This document shows positions 17,987-27,745 of a stretch of DNA of 46,570 bases, piece by piece (position 1 is the first letter of the stretch; each line of letters begins with the position of its first letter). Where the stretch lies: contig WVZO01000394.1 of the NCBI GenBank assembly GCA_011772425.1, forward strand, positions 1 to 46,570. Reading direction: 5' to 3'. The notes beneath the pieces were generated by a model. It made no database searches. It was given only the letters and a program-made list of their open reading frames with translations, and was not told the origin of the DNA. The translations under genes and the position numbers were made by a program. This stretch comes from Candidatus Aminicenantes bacterium. GTDB lineage: Bacteria > Acidobacteriota > Aminicenantia > UBA2199.

Positions 17987-19800
17987 TTTTCCTCCTTTTT
18001 TTTGATCTCCGTTGTTCCATCATGGAACTTTAAGGTGGCTTCTTTTTTTTGATTGAACTCTTTAACAGACTTGATGACGCGATTCTTTTCATCCAATGTA
18101 AGGGTAAATCCTTTTTTCAGGATCTGCTGGGGATCGCTGGCCTGCACCAGTTGAGTGTATGCATTGAGGGCTTTTTGGGTGGTGTTGATTTTTTTGAGAC
18201 CTTGAATCAAGAGGGATTGAACTGTTTTGCCAATCCCCTCCTGCTGCTGCCGGTTGTTCCGGTACAGCTTCTCAAAGTCAAGTTTTGCTATGGTCTTTTT
18301 TACCTGGTTAGCTTCCCGTTGCTGCAAGATATTTGTGCGGGTTAAGATAGAAGCGGCTAACGATTGGATGTCTTGTCTGCTTTTAAATTGAAGGTCTTGA
18401 TAATTTTTTTTCAGTTGAGTGCTGAGGGCGGCGATGCGCCGCTCCTGGTCGCGAACCGTATAAATAACCGATTGTTCCAGGCGGCGGGTCAACGAAAAGA
18501 ACCGCTCTTCCCTCCACTTGATATAACCGGAAACCCGGGACGGGATATTTTTTAAGAAGGCTCTTATCTTTTCCATTTCTCTGTGGTGAATCGTGGCAAA
18601 ATGATGAATCAGTTGAGTAATTGTGACGGCCAGCTGCTCCTGGAGGTTGAGATAGCGGTTATGCAGATGTTTGCCGACACCCGAAGGAGTGGAGGGGATT
18701 GGTGTTAACCAGGAGCACTGCTCAATGGCAGAGATATCTTTCTCGTGCCCGATAGCTGTAAGTATAGGGATGGGACAGAGGCAGACTTTTCGGCACAAGC
18801 GGAGGTCGTTAAATACGGCCAGGGATTGTTCACTGCCGCCTCCCCTGGCAATGATAATGGCATCAAGCTCTATGGTGGGGTTCTCTTCCAGGTGGGTAAT
18901 AGCCGCGATGATATTATCAACGGCATTGGCCCCTTCCATCCGGGAATCCACGAAAAAGAATTGATACTTATTGGCAAAGGGATGCAAACCTGCTTTTATA
19001 TCGCGAATAGAAGTGCCCTGCTCTGATGTGATCAGGCCGATACGGGATATGAAAGCGGGTACAAGCAATTTTTTCTGGTTTTCCAGGATGCCTTCTTCTT
19101 TTAAATTTTCCAGTGTTATCTCTCGCTGGTTCCTGATTTTGGACTGGGTATATTCGGGTAAAATATCCAACAAGCTTAAGCGAATATCTACTACATTCCG
19201 CAAGGGCAAATAAACCTCTACATTACAAAAAACCGGTAAATCCCGTTCTAAGGATTGGGCTACCCCGGATTCACTCAATTTCCGGTTGATTTTTTCCAGG
19301 AGAGGTTTCCTGATTTCCACCCGGAAGAAGATATTCTTGTTTTCATCCTCATCCTTTAAATCAAGATAAGACGCCCATTTATAATTTTTGACATCAGAAG
19401 CAATAACCCCGCGAACCCATATATTACCACGGATACCTTCGCGGATCAGTCGGTCGATGCGATTGCGGAGGTCTGCCACAGAATAAGATTCAGGAAATTT
19501 TGCCAGTTGGAATGCTGCTTTTGATTTTTCTTTTACCGTGCCTTCAACGTGCATCAGGGATGAGGTAAGTGAATCGCCTGAGGGATGTGAGCCAGGTGTT
19601 TGCAGGTTATTTTTCAGCACATCCATTTCAGTACCCACATTACCGGGGCGGATGAACCAGCTTTTATCTACCGGGTTCCAGCGATACCCCCGCAATTTCA
19701 GGTCATCTTTGATGGGGTAGGCATTGTATATATGAATACTGTTTTCATCAAAGGCAACGCTGACTTCTTGCCCATTGATTACCATTGTTACCCAGTTCAT
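17983..19800 (-). CDS. xseA: Exodeoxyribonuclease VII large subunit with an N-terminal extension
   Basis: OB-fold IWVRG..YLDLKD; IGLITS, IIIARGGGS..SLAVFN, TAIGHEKD, STPS, LKKGFTL. Confidence 0.92.
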   Translation of the reverse strand: MNWVTMVINGQEVSVAFDENSIHIYNAYPIKDDLKLRGYRWNPVDKSWFIRPGNVGTEMDVLKNNLQTPGSHPSGDSLTSSLMHVEGTVKEKSKAAFQLAKFPESYSVADLRNRIDRLIREGIRGNIWVRGVIASDVKNYKWASYLDLKDEDENKNIFFRVEIRKPLLEKINRKLSESGVAQSLERDLPVFCNVEVYLPLRNVVDIRLSLLDILPEYTQSKIRNQREITLENLKEEGILENQKKLLVPAFISRIGLITSEQGTSIRDIKAGLHPFANKYQFFFVDSRMEGANAVDNIIAAITHLEENPTIELDAIIIARGGGSEQSLAVFNDLRLCRKVCLCPIPILTAIGHEKDISAIEQCSWLTPIPSTPSGVGKHLHNRYLNLQEQLAVTITQLIHHFATIHHREMEKIRAFLKNIPSRVSGYIKWREERFFSLTRRLEQSVIYTVRDQERRIAALSTQLKKNYQDLQFKSRQDIQSLAASILTRTNILQQREANQVKKTIAKLDFEKLYRNNRQQQEGIGKTVQSLLIQGLKKINTTQKALNAYTQLVQASDPQQILKKGFTLTLDEKNRVIKSVKEFNQKKEATLKFHDGTTEIKKKEEK

Positions 19801-19985
19801 CGTTCTAATCTTTAATCTTCAATTCTTCTTAGAGTTAAAATATAAACCAATTTTCCCATAAAATCAATGAAAAACGTTAATTGTGATTACGAATTGCGAA
19901 AAAATCATCCGAAGACTTGACAAAAGATAAACATATTATTTATAATTAAACTTCAAACCGTTATGTTTACAATCGGAGGCCATCT

Positions 19986-21077
19986 ATGAATAAAAGAATT
20001 ACCCTCGTCACCATTCTGTTTTTGGTGGTTTCGGTTTGTTTGTTTTCGGCCCGCAAGGAAAAGCAAGAGTTATACCTCAAGGCTGTGGCTGAAAAAGACC
20101 TGACAACCAAAATAGAATTGTTGAAGGAGTACATCCAGAAGTATGGGGAGAAAAAAGATAAATTCTTACGATTCATTTATCTTAACCTCGCCGATGCATT
20201 TTACAAGCTAAAGAATTACGATGAAGGCATTCAATATGGTGAAACAGCACTGGGATTTGAAGAACTGGATGATAACAATAAGCTTAACTTGTTTTTCTCT
20301 CTTGCCAATTCATACTATGTCACAAAAAAGGACTTTGACAAAGCGTTAGAGTACGCCCGGTCTATTGTTGATCTTTCTTCTTCGTTGATTAAGCAGATGG
20401 GAGAATCAGGGCAAGACAAAGAAAAAGTAGACAATTTTGAAAAAAAATACCAGACCTATTATATTGCACCGGCATACCGGCTTCAAGCGTTGATCTGGTA
20501 TGCAAAAGGCAAAGACAATCCAGAGAATATCAAACAAGCAGCTGATTGTGCACTTAAGGCTTTTGATAACGATGAAGGGTCTGAGAATTCTGCCAAATTG
20601 GCTTTTTCATTAGCTGGGAACCTGTACAAAAAGAATTTACTGGACGAAGCGATTGCGGTTACCGAGAAAATCATCGATAAAGAAAATCCCAAGTATAAAG
20701 AAGTTTATTTCCTGGCAAGTATGTATAGTAAAAAGAAGGACAGGAATAAAGCCGTCCTATATTTTGAAAAGGCATACAAGTCCAAGCAAAAGCCTGACCT
20801 GGCAATGCGTATTGGACAGATGGTATATAAGAAAAATATCGATAAAGGGATTAGATACTTCGCAGATGCGTATATTCTCTTAAAACTCGACAAGGAATCC
20901 GATGCCTACAAGTACCTGGAGCATTTGTATTTCAATGAAAAAGCAAAGGATAAATCACCTGAAGAGAAAGAAGCAGGATTCAAAGCAATTGTTAATGCTG
21001 CGAAGGTGCGGTTGGGTATGAAGGTTGAGGAACCTGAAACAACCCACGCAGAAACAAAAGAAGGAATGTCTGTCTGA
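19986..21077 (+). CDS. Exported TPR-repeat protein
   Basis: Signal peptide and helical TPR-like repeats; GGAGG SD. Confidence 0.8.
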   Translation: MNKRITLVTILFLVVSVCLFSARKEKQELYLKAVAEKDLTTKIELLKEYIQKYGEKKDKFLRFIYLNLADAFYKLKNYDEGIQYGETALGFEELDDNNKLNLFFSLANSYYVTKKDFDKALEYARSIVDLSSSLIKQMGESGQDKEKVDNFEKKYQTYYIAPAYRLQALIWYAKGKDNPENIKQAADCALKAFDNDEGSENSAKLAFSLAGNLYKKNLLDEAIAVTEKIIDKENPKYKEVYFLASMYSKKKDRNKAVLYFEKAYKSKQKPDLAMRIGQMVYKKNIDKGIRYFADAYILLKLDKESDAYKYLEHLYFNEKAKDKSPEEKEAGFKAIVNAAKVRLGMKVEEPETTHAETKEGMSV

Positions 21078-21132
21078 GAATAGAATAATAAATCAACTGG
21101 ATTGCATCCGGTTCAGGGAACAGCAGCCCGGA

Positions 21133-22212
21133 TCACGTGGGAAGAAGTATCTTTCGCTGATTTTCAATCCGCCGGGTGATTCGTTGGTTATCAAAGTATT
21201 CCAGTAATGGGATAATGTGTTTCCTGGAGAAAAGGGTCAACTCTCTGAAAGCCTTGATATCGATCATTTCCCCCTCGTTTCTTTTGTACTTTTTGAGCTT
21301 ATTAACTATTTTATGCAAATCATCTCCAAAAATAAAGTATGTTTCATTCAACTGAACCACCTGTCCGGTTTCCACTAAAAACCAAAGAGAGTTATTCACC
21401 TCTTTGTATAATAAATTGGAATTCTTGATGATGCTTTCGATGCTAAAGATACTAATTTTGTTTTTTCTTAAAATGGTTTCAATTTCTACCAATGAATTTT
21501 TTTCCGTATCCGTCAGCGGCAATGTTTGGAATAAAATTTTATCTTTCAACAATTTGAAGGAGAAATGATGGGTTAAGTACTTCAACAGGTATTTGAGAAA
21601 TAGGGGCAATTGCGGCAATTTTAAGGTTGACTGGATTTCCGATAAGGCGATGGTTTTTATACGGCTGGTATAACAATTGGTAAAAATGGTATTCAGTTCT
21701 TTGAGATAACCCTGGAAATTTTCATACGAGGTGATGAACAAGTCGGTAAAATTGATTATTTTAACTGCTTTCCGGATTTCCTGTTCCACCAGGAACTCAA
21801 TCATTTGGTCTCGGGTGGTGGAGAAGAAGTCCAGCAGGTCCTGCACTTTTAGAAATTTTTCCACGGTTAGCAGATTTAATACGAGGTGGTTTTTTTTCCC
21901 CCCTTCCGGTGTGAATGGTTTGTGTGTGTTGTGTATATGTGCACTGAGGAATTTGGATATTTTGGTCAACTTTCGTTTATTGTACGTTGAGATCATGGGT
22001 AATAAGACGAGAATTACTTTATTCTTGTTTTTAAATGCTGCTTTTTCCAGGAATTTAAATTCTACCTGATTTTTAAAATTGGCGGCAAACAACTCCTTCC
22101 CGATTTTTTTGAAGTTTGCGGATACGGTTTTACCAGAGGTGATGAGACTTCCTGTAAAAATATTCTCTCGCTGTTTTAAACGGACAATATACCCGTTGAA
22201 TTTCATTTCCAT
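21133..22212 (-). CDS. SelB C-terminal winged-helix domain protein lacking the GTPase domain
   Basis: C-terminus FRELTLFSRKHIIPLLEYFDNQRITRRIENQR matches SelB WH4. No P-loop (GHxDHGKT) in 359 aa. Confidence 0.8.
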   Translation of the reverse strand: MEMKFNGYIVRLKQRENIFTGSLITSGKTVSANFKKIGKELFAANFKNQVEFKFLEKAAFKNKNKVILVLLPMISTYNKRKLTKISKFLSAHIHNTHKPFTPEGGKKNHLVLNLLTVEKFLKVQDLLDFFSTTRDQMIEFLVEQEIRKAVKIINFTDLFITSYENFQGYLKELNTIFTNCYTSRIKTIALSEIQSTLKLPQLPLFLKYLLKYLTHHFSFKLLKDKILFQTLPLTDTEKNSLVEIETILRKNKISIFSIESIIKNSNLLYKEVNNSLWFLVETGQVVQLNETYFIFGDDLHKIVNKLKKYKRNEGEMIDIKAFRELTLFSRKHIIPLLEYFDNQRITRRIENQRKILLPT

Positions 22213-22297
22213 TTTGGTTCTGCGTTTACTATGTTATGTTTCATATTTTATTGGTTCGGATCCTGATTCGCTTCATCTAGATAATATACACTAAAAG

Positions 22298-22329
22298 CCT
22301 ACTACCTACTACCTACTACCTACTACCTA
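22298..22329. repeat. Heptamer tandem repeat (CCTACTA) x4.5
   Basis: Read directly; it supplies the TAG stop of prc. Confidence 0.9.
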
Positions 22330-24437
22330 TTGTTCTCCGGCTTCTCCATCTGGATCATATCATTCAGTATTTCTACGGCTTCCCCAAGGGCGATATCTTT
22401 TTTAAGCTCTTTAAACCACTCCTGCTGCTGTTTTAATACTATTTCTTTCATCCTCTCCGGTTGTGTTTTTTCGTGTTCTGCAGACGGTAAGAGTTGAATA
22501 TGGGCCAGTTGGAATTGTGCGTTTTCCAGTTTTTCTCTTTCTTTTTTTAAAAGGTCTCGCCGTTTAAGTACTTCATCCAATTGCAGGCTGTACCGTGTTT
22601 GATCGCGCATTTGCTTTATTCTTTTTGCGTATTCTTTGATCTGTTTAAAACCGGGATTTTTTTGGATACGGGTCCTACTTTTTTCCACCAGTGCGGGTGA
22701 AGTGGGGGAATGGGGTTTCCATTTTTTGTGATTGGTGGCTGCGATGGTATCCCACTCCAGCGAATAATCCAGGTATCTTTCTCCGAATTCAAGGGAATCG
22801 TAGCGACTCGGTAAGACGATGTCCGGGGTAACTCCTTTCCATTGGATGGCTTTTCCGGTGATGCGGTAAAATTTTCGAATGGTAATGGTTAGTGCACCGT
22901 AAGAATCGTATTTTTCCCTTTTCTCAGAAACGAATTGGTCCAGGTTCACCATGGCTTGAACTGTTCCCTTACCGTAGGAGTGAGCGCTGCCCACGATGAG
23001 TGCCCGGTGATAGTCCTGGAGTGCACCAGCCAGGATTTCAGAGGATGAAGCACTGAGTTGATTGATCATTACCAGCAGGGGACCTGTATAGGTGATACCA
23101 GGGTCCGGGTCTGCCAATATTTTGATATGCTTTTCTTTATCTTTCACCTGGACAACGGGCCCTTTGGGAATAAACAGCCCGGACATATTTACCCCATCCC
23201 GAAGTGCACCACCGCCGTTATCTCTCAAGTCCAGGATAATTCCATCTACCTGTTTCAATTTGAGTTTTTCCAGCTCTTTTTTGACATCATCTGTGGAATT
23301 GCGTCCACCAGGGTTGAAATCATCGTAAAAAGTGGGTAAGTGAATGTAGCCGAAACGTTTGTTCGCTTTTTTATGGACCAGTATTACGGATTTAGCAAAT
23401 GTCTCTTCCAGTATCACCACATCGCGAACAATGGGAATCTCCACAATTCGGCCATCTGGTTTTTTAACTGTCAGCCGCACCAATGTCCCTTTTTTACCCC
23501 GAATTAATTTCACGGCATCCACTGTACGCATGCCAATGATATCTACCGGTTCTTCGTCACCCTGGGCCACTTTCAGGATCAGGTCTTCGGCTTCCAGTTG
23601 TTTTCCCCGCCAGGAAGGACCCCCAGGAATAATACGAACAACTTTCACATACTCATCCTCGTTTCGTAACAAAGCCCCGATCCCTTCAAAGGATCCTGCC
23701 ATTCCCATGTCATAAGACTCTTTGTCTACGGGTAGAAAATAGGTGCTGTGAGGGTCGAACACTTTGACAAAAGAATTCAGGTACCGGGAAAGAGAATCGC
23801 TTTTATTGGCCTGAAGCAGGCGGTTAAAGGTGGATTTAAGACTTTTAAGCACCGCCTGGCGTGATTCTTCCTCCAACTCCTTTTGACTTTTTTTCTTTCC
23901 TTTTTCCTCCAGGAGGTTAATATAACGCAGCAGTGCACGGTATTTGAGGGTCTTTCGCCAATATGCTTTTAATTCCTCCAGGCTTGAACAATACGCTCTC
24001 TTTTCAGGATCCATTTCCAGGTCTTCCTGTTGGGTAAAATCAAATGGCACTGCCAGCAGTTCCCCATAGAAATCCATTACCTGGTGAATCCGTTGGTCCA
24101 AACGCTGCGTGGCTTTTGCGATCAATAATGTGCTGCCTCCGACAAATTCTTTGTCAATGAAATTCTTGTACTTGCGAAGTTCATCGATATCGCTTTTTAG
24201 AAAGAAACGTTTGCTGTAATCCATGTATTCCAGGAATTCCTTAAATACCTTTTCCGAAAAGGTATCATCTATTTTTTTATCACTGTAATGCCATTGCTGC
24301 AATCCCGTACGGATGAGCTGAGCTAATAATTTATTTTTTGTGAAGCTGTCCGCCTGAGGATGATGAAAACCGCTTATCAATAACACCAATGCTGCTGAAA
24401 GGATTACCAGCGCTGTTATTTTTCCTTTTATTTTCAC
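22323..24437 (-). CDS. prc: Carboxy-terminal processing protease (S41A, Prc/Tsp)
   Basis: DPHSTY, PDZ GIGA, DLRDNGGG, SASSSEI (catalytic Ser), GKGTVQ (Lys). Confidence 0.95.
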   Translation of the reverse strand: MKIKGKITALVILSAALVLLISGFHHPQADSFTKNKLLAQLIRTGLQQWHYSDKKIDDTFSEKVFKEFLEYMDYSKRFFLKSDIDELRKYKNFIDKEFVGGSTLLIAKATQRLDQRIHQVMDFYGELLAVPFDFTQQEDLEMDPEKRAYCSSLEELKAYWRKTLKYRALLRYINLLEEKGKKKSQKELEEESRQAVLKSLKSTFNRLLQANKSDSLSRYLNSFVKVFDPHSTYFLPVDKESYDMGMAGSFEGIGALLRNEDEYVKVVRIIPGGPSWRGKQLEAEDLILKVAQGDEEPVDIIGMRTVDAVKLIRGKKGTLVRLTVKKPDGRIVEIPIVRDVVILEETFAKSVILVHKKANKRFGYIHLPTFYDDFNPGGRNSTDDVKKELEKLKLKQVDGIILDLRDNGGGALRDGVNMSGLFIPKGPVVQVKDKEKHIKILADPDPGITYTGPLLVMINQLSASSSEILAGALQDYHRALIVGSAHSYGKGTVQAMVNLDQFVSEKREKYDSYGALTITIRKFYRITGKAIQWKGVTPDIVLPSRYDSLEFGERYLDYSLEWDTIAATNHKKWKPHSPTSPALVEKSRTRIQKNPGFKQIKEYAKRIKQMRDQTRYSLQLDEVLKRRDLLKKEREKLENAQFQLAHIQLLPSAEHEKTQPERMKEIVLKQQQEWFKELKKDIALGEAVEILNDMIQMEKPENNR

Positions 24438-24463
24438 ACGTCCTCCTTATCCATTTAGATTAC

Positions 24464-24532
24464 AAGGTTAAGATTAAAGCTGAGGTTGAGGAAAAATTTT
24501 TCTTCCTTAACCTTAGCCTCAACCTTAACCTG
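24464..24532. repeat. Inverted pair of hexamer tandem arrays
   Basis: AAGGTT AAGATT AAAGCT GAGGTT GAGG ... CCTTAA CCTTAG CCTCAA CCTTAA CCTG. Confidence 0.8.
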
Positions 24533-24691
24533 AGCTTAGCCGAGTCCTTTTTGGTTTCGGCTCGGCTGGTTTTTGGAATTGTAATTATCCGCTTTTTTTT
24601 CATTTGGACTATTTTACCAGAAGTTTTACGGTTTGTACAGAGAGCGCAGGCCGCAGGGGGCAGGGGGGAAAGAAAAGATTAGTGCGCGAAA

Positions 24692-24735
24692 CGCTAAGTG
24701 CTATGCGCTGTGCGCTGTGCGCTGTGCGCTATGCG
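24692..24735. repeat. Heptamer tandem repeat CGCT(G/A)TG, ~6 units
   Basis: CGCTAAG TGCTATG CGCTGTG CGCTGTG CGCTGTG CGCTATG, directly after the acyltransferase stop. Confidence 0.88.
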
Positions 24736-25554
24736 TTAAACGGAGTTCTTGTCTTGCCATTCTTTAAGATGGGAGGTAATGAATTGGACAATTTGCTGGT
24801 GTTCTTCCTTTCCATTGCCCCGGATAGTCATAGGCTCAGCAAAGGTCATGTAAATGGGTTTTTGGCGTTCTAATGGGCCAAAACCTTTGATTCTTTTGCT
24901 TGGCCCCCAGAAATCGGTTTTAATAGCCGTGGGCAGTACCTTTACTCCTGTTTTTTTGGCCAACTTCACTCCGAGGGAGTTGAATTTTTCCGGGACAAAA
25001 TCGACGGAGCGGGTACTCTGGGGAAAGACAATCAGGGAATGCCCGTTTTTTAGAATTTTCTCACCCTCTGTCAGGACAATACGCAGATCGTCCCGGGGGT
25101 TTATTCGCCCCACGACAATGGGATTTCGTGACCGCATGATGGGGCCGAATACGCGGCCTTTTACCAGACTGTCTTTGACAACAAAGGTGGTGGGGCGAAA
25201 TGGCACAAAAATGCAAGGGAAGATGACGGTCTCCAGGGTACTCATGTGGTTACTGATAATCACCAGGGGTTCATTTGTTTTCCTCAGGTTGTCTAATCCT
25301 TTGAGATGAAAACGTCCACCGCATCCTTCAATACTTTTAAATATATCAAAAGAGGTTTTTATCCATTGTTCATCATCGTACCTGCCTTTAACTGCCAATC
25401 GGCTGCTTCTGATTACGATCCTGGCAAAAAGGAAGTAAAACCACCAGCGTGAATGAAAAAAAATCCTATCTCCAATGAAACGGCGGGTGTCGGCAGGGGT
25501 GTCGTAAGTATCGCCGGAAAAAGCCTCTCTTGCTGTTGATGTAATTTTGACCAT
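24736..25554 (-). CDS. Lysophospholipid acyltransferase (PlsC-like)
   Basis: SNHMSTLE (HxxxxE variant of HxxxxD) and IVFPQSTR. Confidence 0.88.
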   Translation of the reverse strand: MVKITSTAREAFSGDTYDTPADTRRFIGDRIFFHSRWWFYFLFARIVIRSSRLAVKGRYDDEQWIKTSFDIFKSIEGCGGRFHLKGLDNLRKTNEPLVIISNHMSTLETVIFPCIFVPFRPTTFVVKDSLVKGRVFGPIMRSRNPIVVGRINPRDDLRIVLTEGEKILKNGHSLIVFPQSTRSVDFVPEKFNSLGVKLAKKTGVKVLPTAIKTDFWGPSKRIKGFGPLERQKPIYMTFAEPMTIRGNGKEEHQQIVQFITSHLKEWQDKNSV

Positions 25555-25585
25555 ATTATAATTATAGCTTTTTTATAATATGACG

Positions 25586-25906
25586 TCAACCCTCCACCTT
25601 TTCCTCCAGCCACTTGGCATCAGGGTCGTAAAAGCAGCTCCACTCAGCCTTTACCTCATCTTTCCATGCTTTTTTCTTATACCTTTTGGAGAACGCGATT
25701 CGTGCTCCTTTAATTGTTTTATAGCGTGCATCTGTCAACACTATCCCATTATGAAGTGCCACCAATCGATAGTGATCATAACGGTGCAAAATGAAGACAC
25801 ACTCTATAAAATAATAAGCTGAATTGATTAACAGGGATATCTTTGTTGCTTTTTTCCCCTGATGCTTCGGCTGAGTCTGGGGTGTGGTGTGGTCCATGCT
25901 GTTCAT
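25586..25906 (-). CDS. Hypothetical protein
   Basis: GAGG SD before the ATG; globular composition; divergent from the XRE gene. Confidence 0.7.
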   Translation of the reverse strand: MNSMDHTTPQTQPKHQGKKATKISLLINSAYYFIECVFILHRYDHYRLVALHNGIVLTDARYKTIKGARIAFSKRYKKKAWKDEVKAEWSCFYDPDAKWLEEKVEG

Positions 25907-26466
25907 TGTTACCTCTTCATGCTTTTGTTTGCTTTTGCTTTGCTGTATTAGAAAAATATTTTCCTAATCACGAATGTATTATAATGCAAAAAATAGAATA
26001 AGTCAATAGTATATATGCGAAAATATTATTTTTTTTGAAATGAGGGCTGGGTGGAAATTTCCCTGATGATTGGTATTAAGGATGAATAAAGTATTATATA
26101 AAAATAAAATCCGGGCTTTGATTTTGGAGGTGACAACAAAGGAGGGGGTTGATTGACTCCTCCTGGGAAATTAAATATCCAGATATTGATATGAAAAATA
26201 TCATTTTTTTAGGGAATAATTTTTTGTTGTTCGGCGGTTGTTGTATTTTTTGCAGTTTAACTTTTTCAAATTTTTTTTTTTTTCATTCTTGAATTTAAAA
26301 TGAAATTGGGTTATATTATATTGTATGAAAGTAAGACATATTTGCTCTCAGCTTTTGCATTTTGCCAACGCCGGGGGAGTTTGTGTGCCCGGTTTTAATG
26401 GTAAAGAGTGGTGGGAGCATTTAATTGACGGAATCGAAAACAAAAAAATAAATAGAAAGGTATAAA

Positions 26467-26946
26467 ATGCTTAAAAAACTGAAAGAAGACGTTGGAGAAC
26501 GGTTTAAAGAGTTTAGGATTGACAAAAAGAAGCCGCAGCATGTGCTGGCTTCTGAATTGAAAGTCCATCAATCCACTATAACGAACATTGAACATGGGAC
26601 CACCTTTCCCAAGATCAACTATCTACAGTACTTTTATGAAAAGTACGGCTTGAATATCAATTGGCTGGTGACCGGGGAAGGCGAGATGTACATGCGAGGG
26701 CATCCCAAAGCTGGAGGGGTTTCCAAGATCATGTACCCCGAGGTTCAATATGGTGACCCGAGGTATGACCAATATGAAGATCTCACCGACCTCATGCAGA
26801 TTCCTGCCATTGAACAGGTGATACTGGCTAAGTTGATGGAGGCGAAGACTTTATTCAAGGAAGAAGTAAAACAATTTAAAGTTGATCGAGAAAAGAAGAA
26901 CCGCGAAAAAGCGAGACGGGCGTCAAGGGCCAAAGTTAAAAAGTAA
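26467..26946 (+). CDS. XRE-family HTH transcriptional regulator
   Basis: RFKEFR...LASELKVHQSTITNIEHGTTFP...NINWLVTGEGEM. Confidence 0.9.
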   Translation: MLKKLKEDVGERFKEFRIDKKKPQHVLASELKVHQSTITNIEHGTTFPKINYLQYFYEKYGLNINWLVTGEGEMYMRGHPKAGGVSKIMYPEVQYGDPRYDQYEDLTDLMQIPAIEQVILAKLMEAKTLFKEEVKQFKVDREKKNREKARRASRAKVKK

Positions 26947-27250
26947 TTTGTCCAATGCCAAAGATGTAATATGTGAAATGTACAACCAGTTATTTCTGTT
27001 TCTGGTGAAGTGGAATTGACAATTAGCAATTAAAGGGTTGATTGCTGAGAGTTGATCGTTAGTGGGTGATGTGTTGATAGGTGAGGGGAGGGTGTGGTCT
27101 GCTCGAAATATCTTCTCAAAAAATTATATTTTTTCAATTGGGGTTGTTTTTTGGGTAAAAATAAGTTATATTCTAGTTGATGAGATCAGAAAAAATGAAT
27201 AATTATTATTATTTGGCCCGGGAATATAAAACCGGTTTACCAGGGAGTAG

Positions 27251-27712
27251 GTGATGACCAAGAAAATGAATAGCAATGCGAACAACAAACGGGTGACCCG
27301 TACAGAAATGAATCGATTGATGGCAATCCCTGAAGTCCGGCAAATTATCGAAGCGAAATTTGCCGAACTTCGTTTGCTTTTTAAAGATAAACTCCAGGAA
27401 CCGGATGAACTGGAGCTTGCTTTTTCTGATAACAATTCCAATATCATCCGATTTCCTCTGCTTGAAGTGATAGGAGCGGGTAGTGAAATGAAACCAAAAC
27501 CGCAAGATCTACAAGGAAAAAACCAACGGGAAAATATGGGAAATTTAATTAAAATTGTCGATGCCTCCAGGTATAGAAGCGAACCGGAAGAGGAACAGGT
27601 TAACATTTTCATGGAGTATTTCGAGAACCATAAGGTTATCAGAAAAGCGGTACTGGATGAGTTCTTTTTGCGAATTTTGCCTTATTCGGACATTGGCATT
27701 GAGAATGGATAG
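27251..27712 (+). CDS. Hypothetical protein
   Basis: 153-aa ORF with a GGGAG SD; no recognised motif. Confidence 0.65.
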   Translation: MMTKKMNSNANNKRVTRTEMNRLMAIPEVRQIIEAKFAELRLLFKDKLQEPDELELAFSDNNSNIIRFPLLEVIGAGSEMKPKPQDLQGKNQRENMGNLIKIVDASRYRSEPEEEQVNIFMEYFENHKVIRKAVLDEFFLRILPYSDIGIENG

Positions 27713-27745
27713 TAAGTCTCTTCAATTGTTAATTGTTCATGTCAT

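Noticed and set aside
21133-22212. Canonical selB
   Set aside because: It lacks the G domain and is far shorter than SelB, so the gene symbol was withheld.
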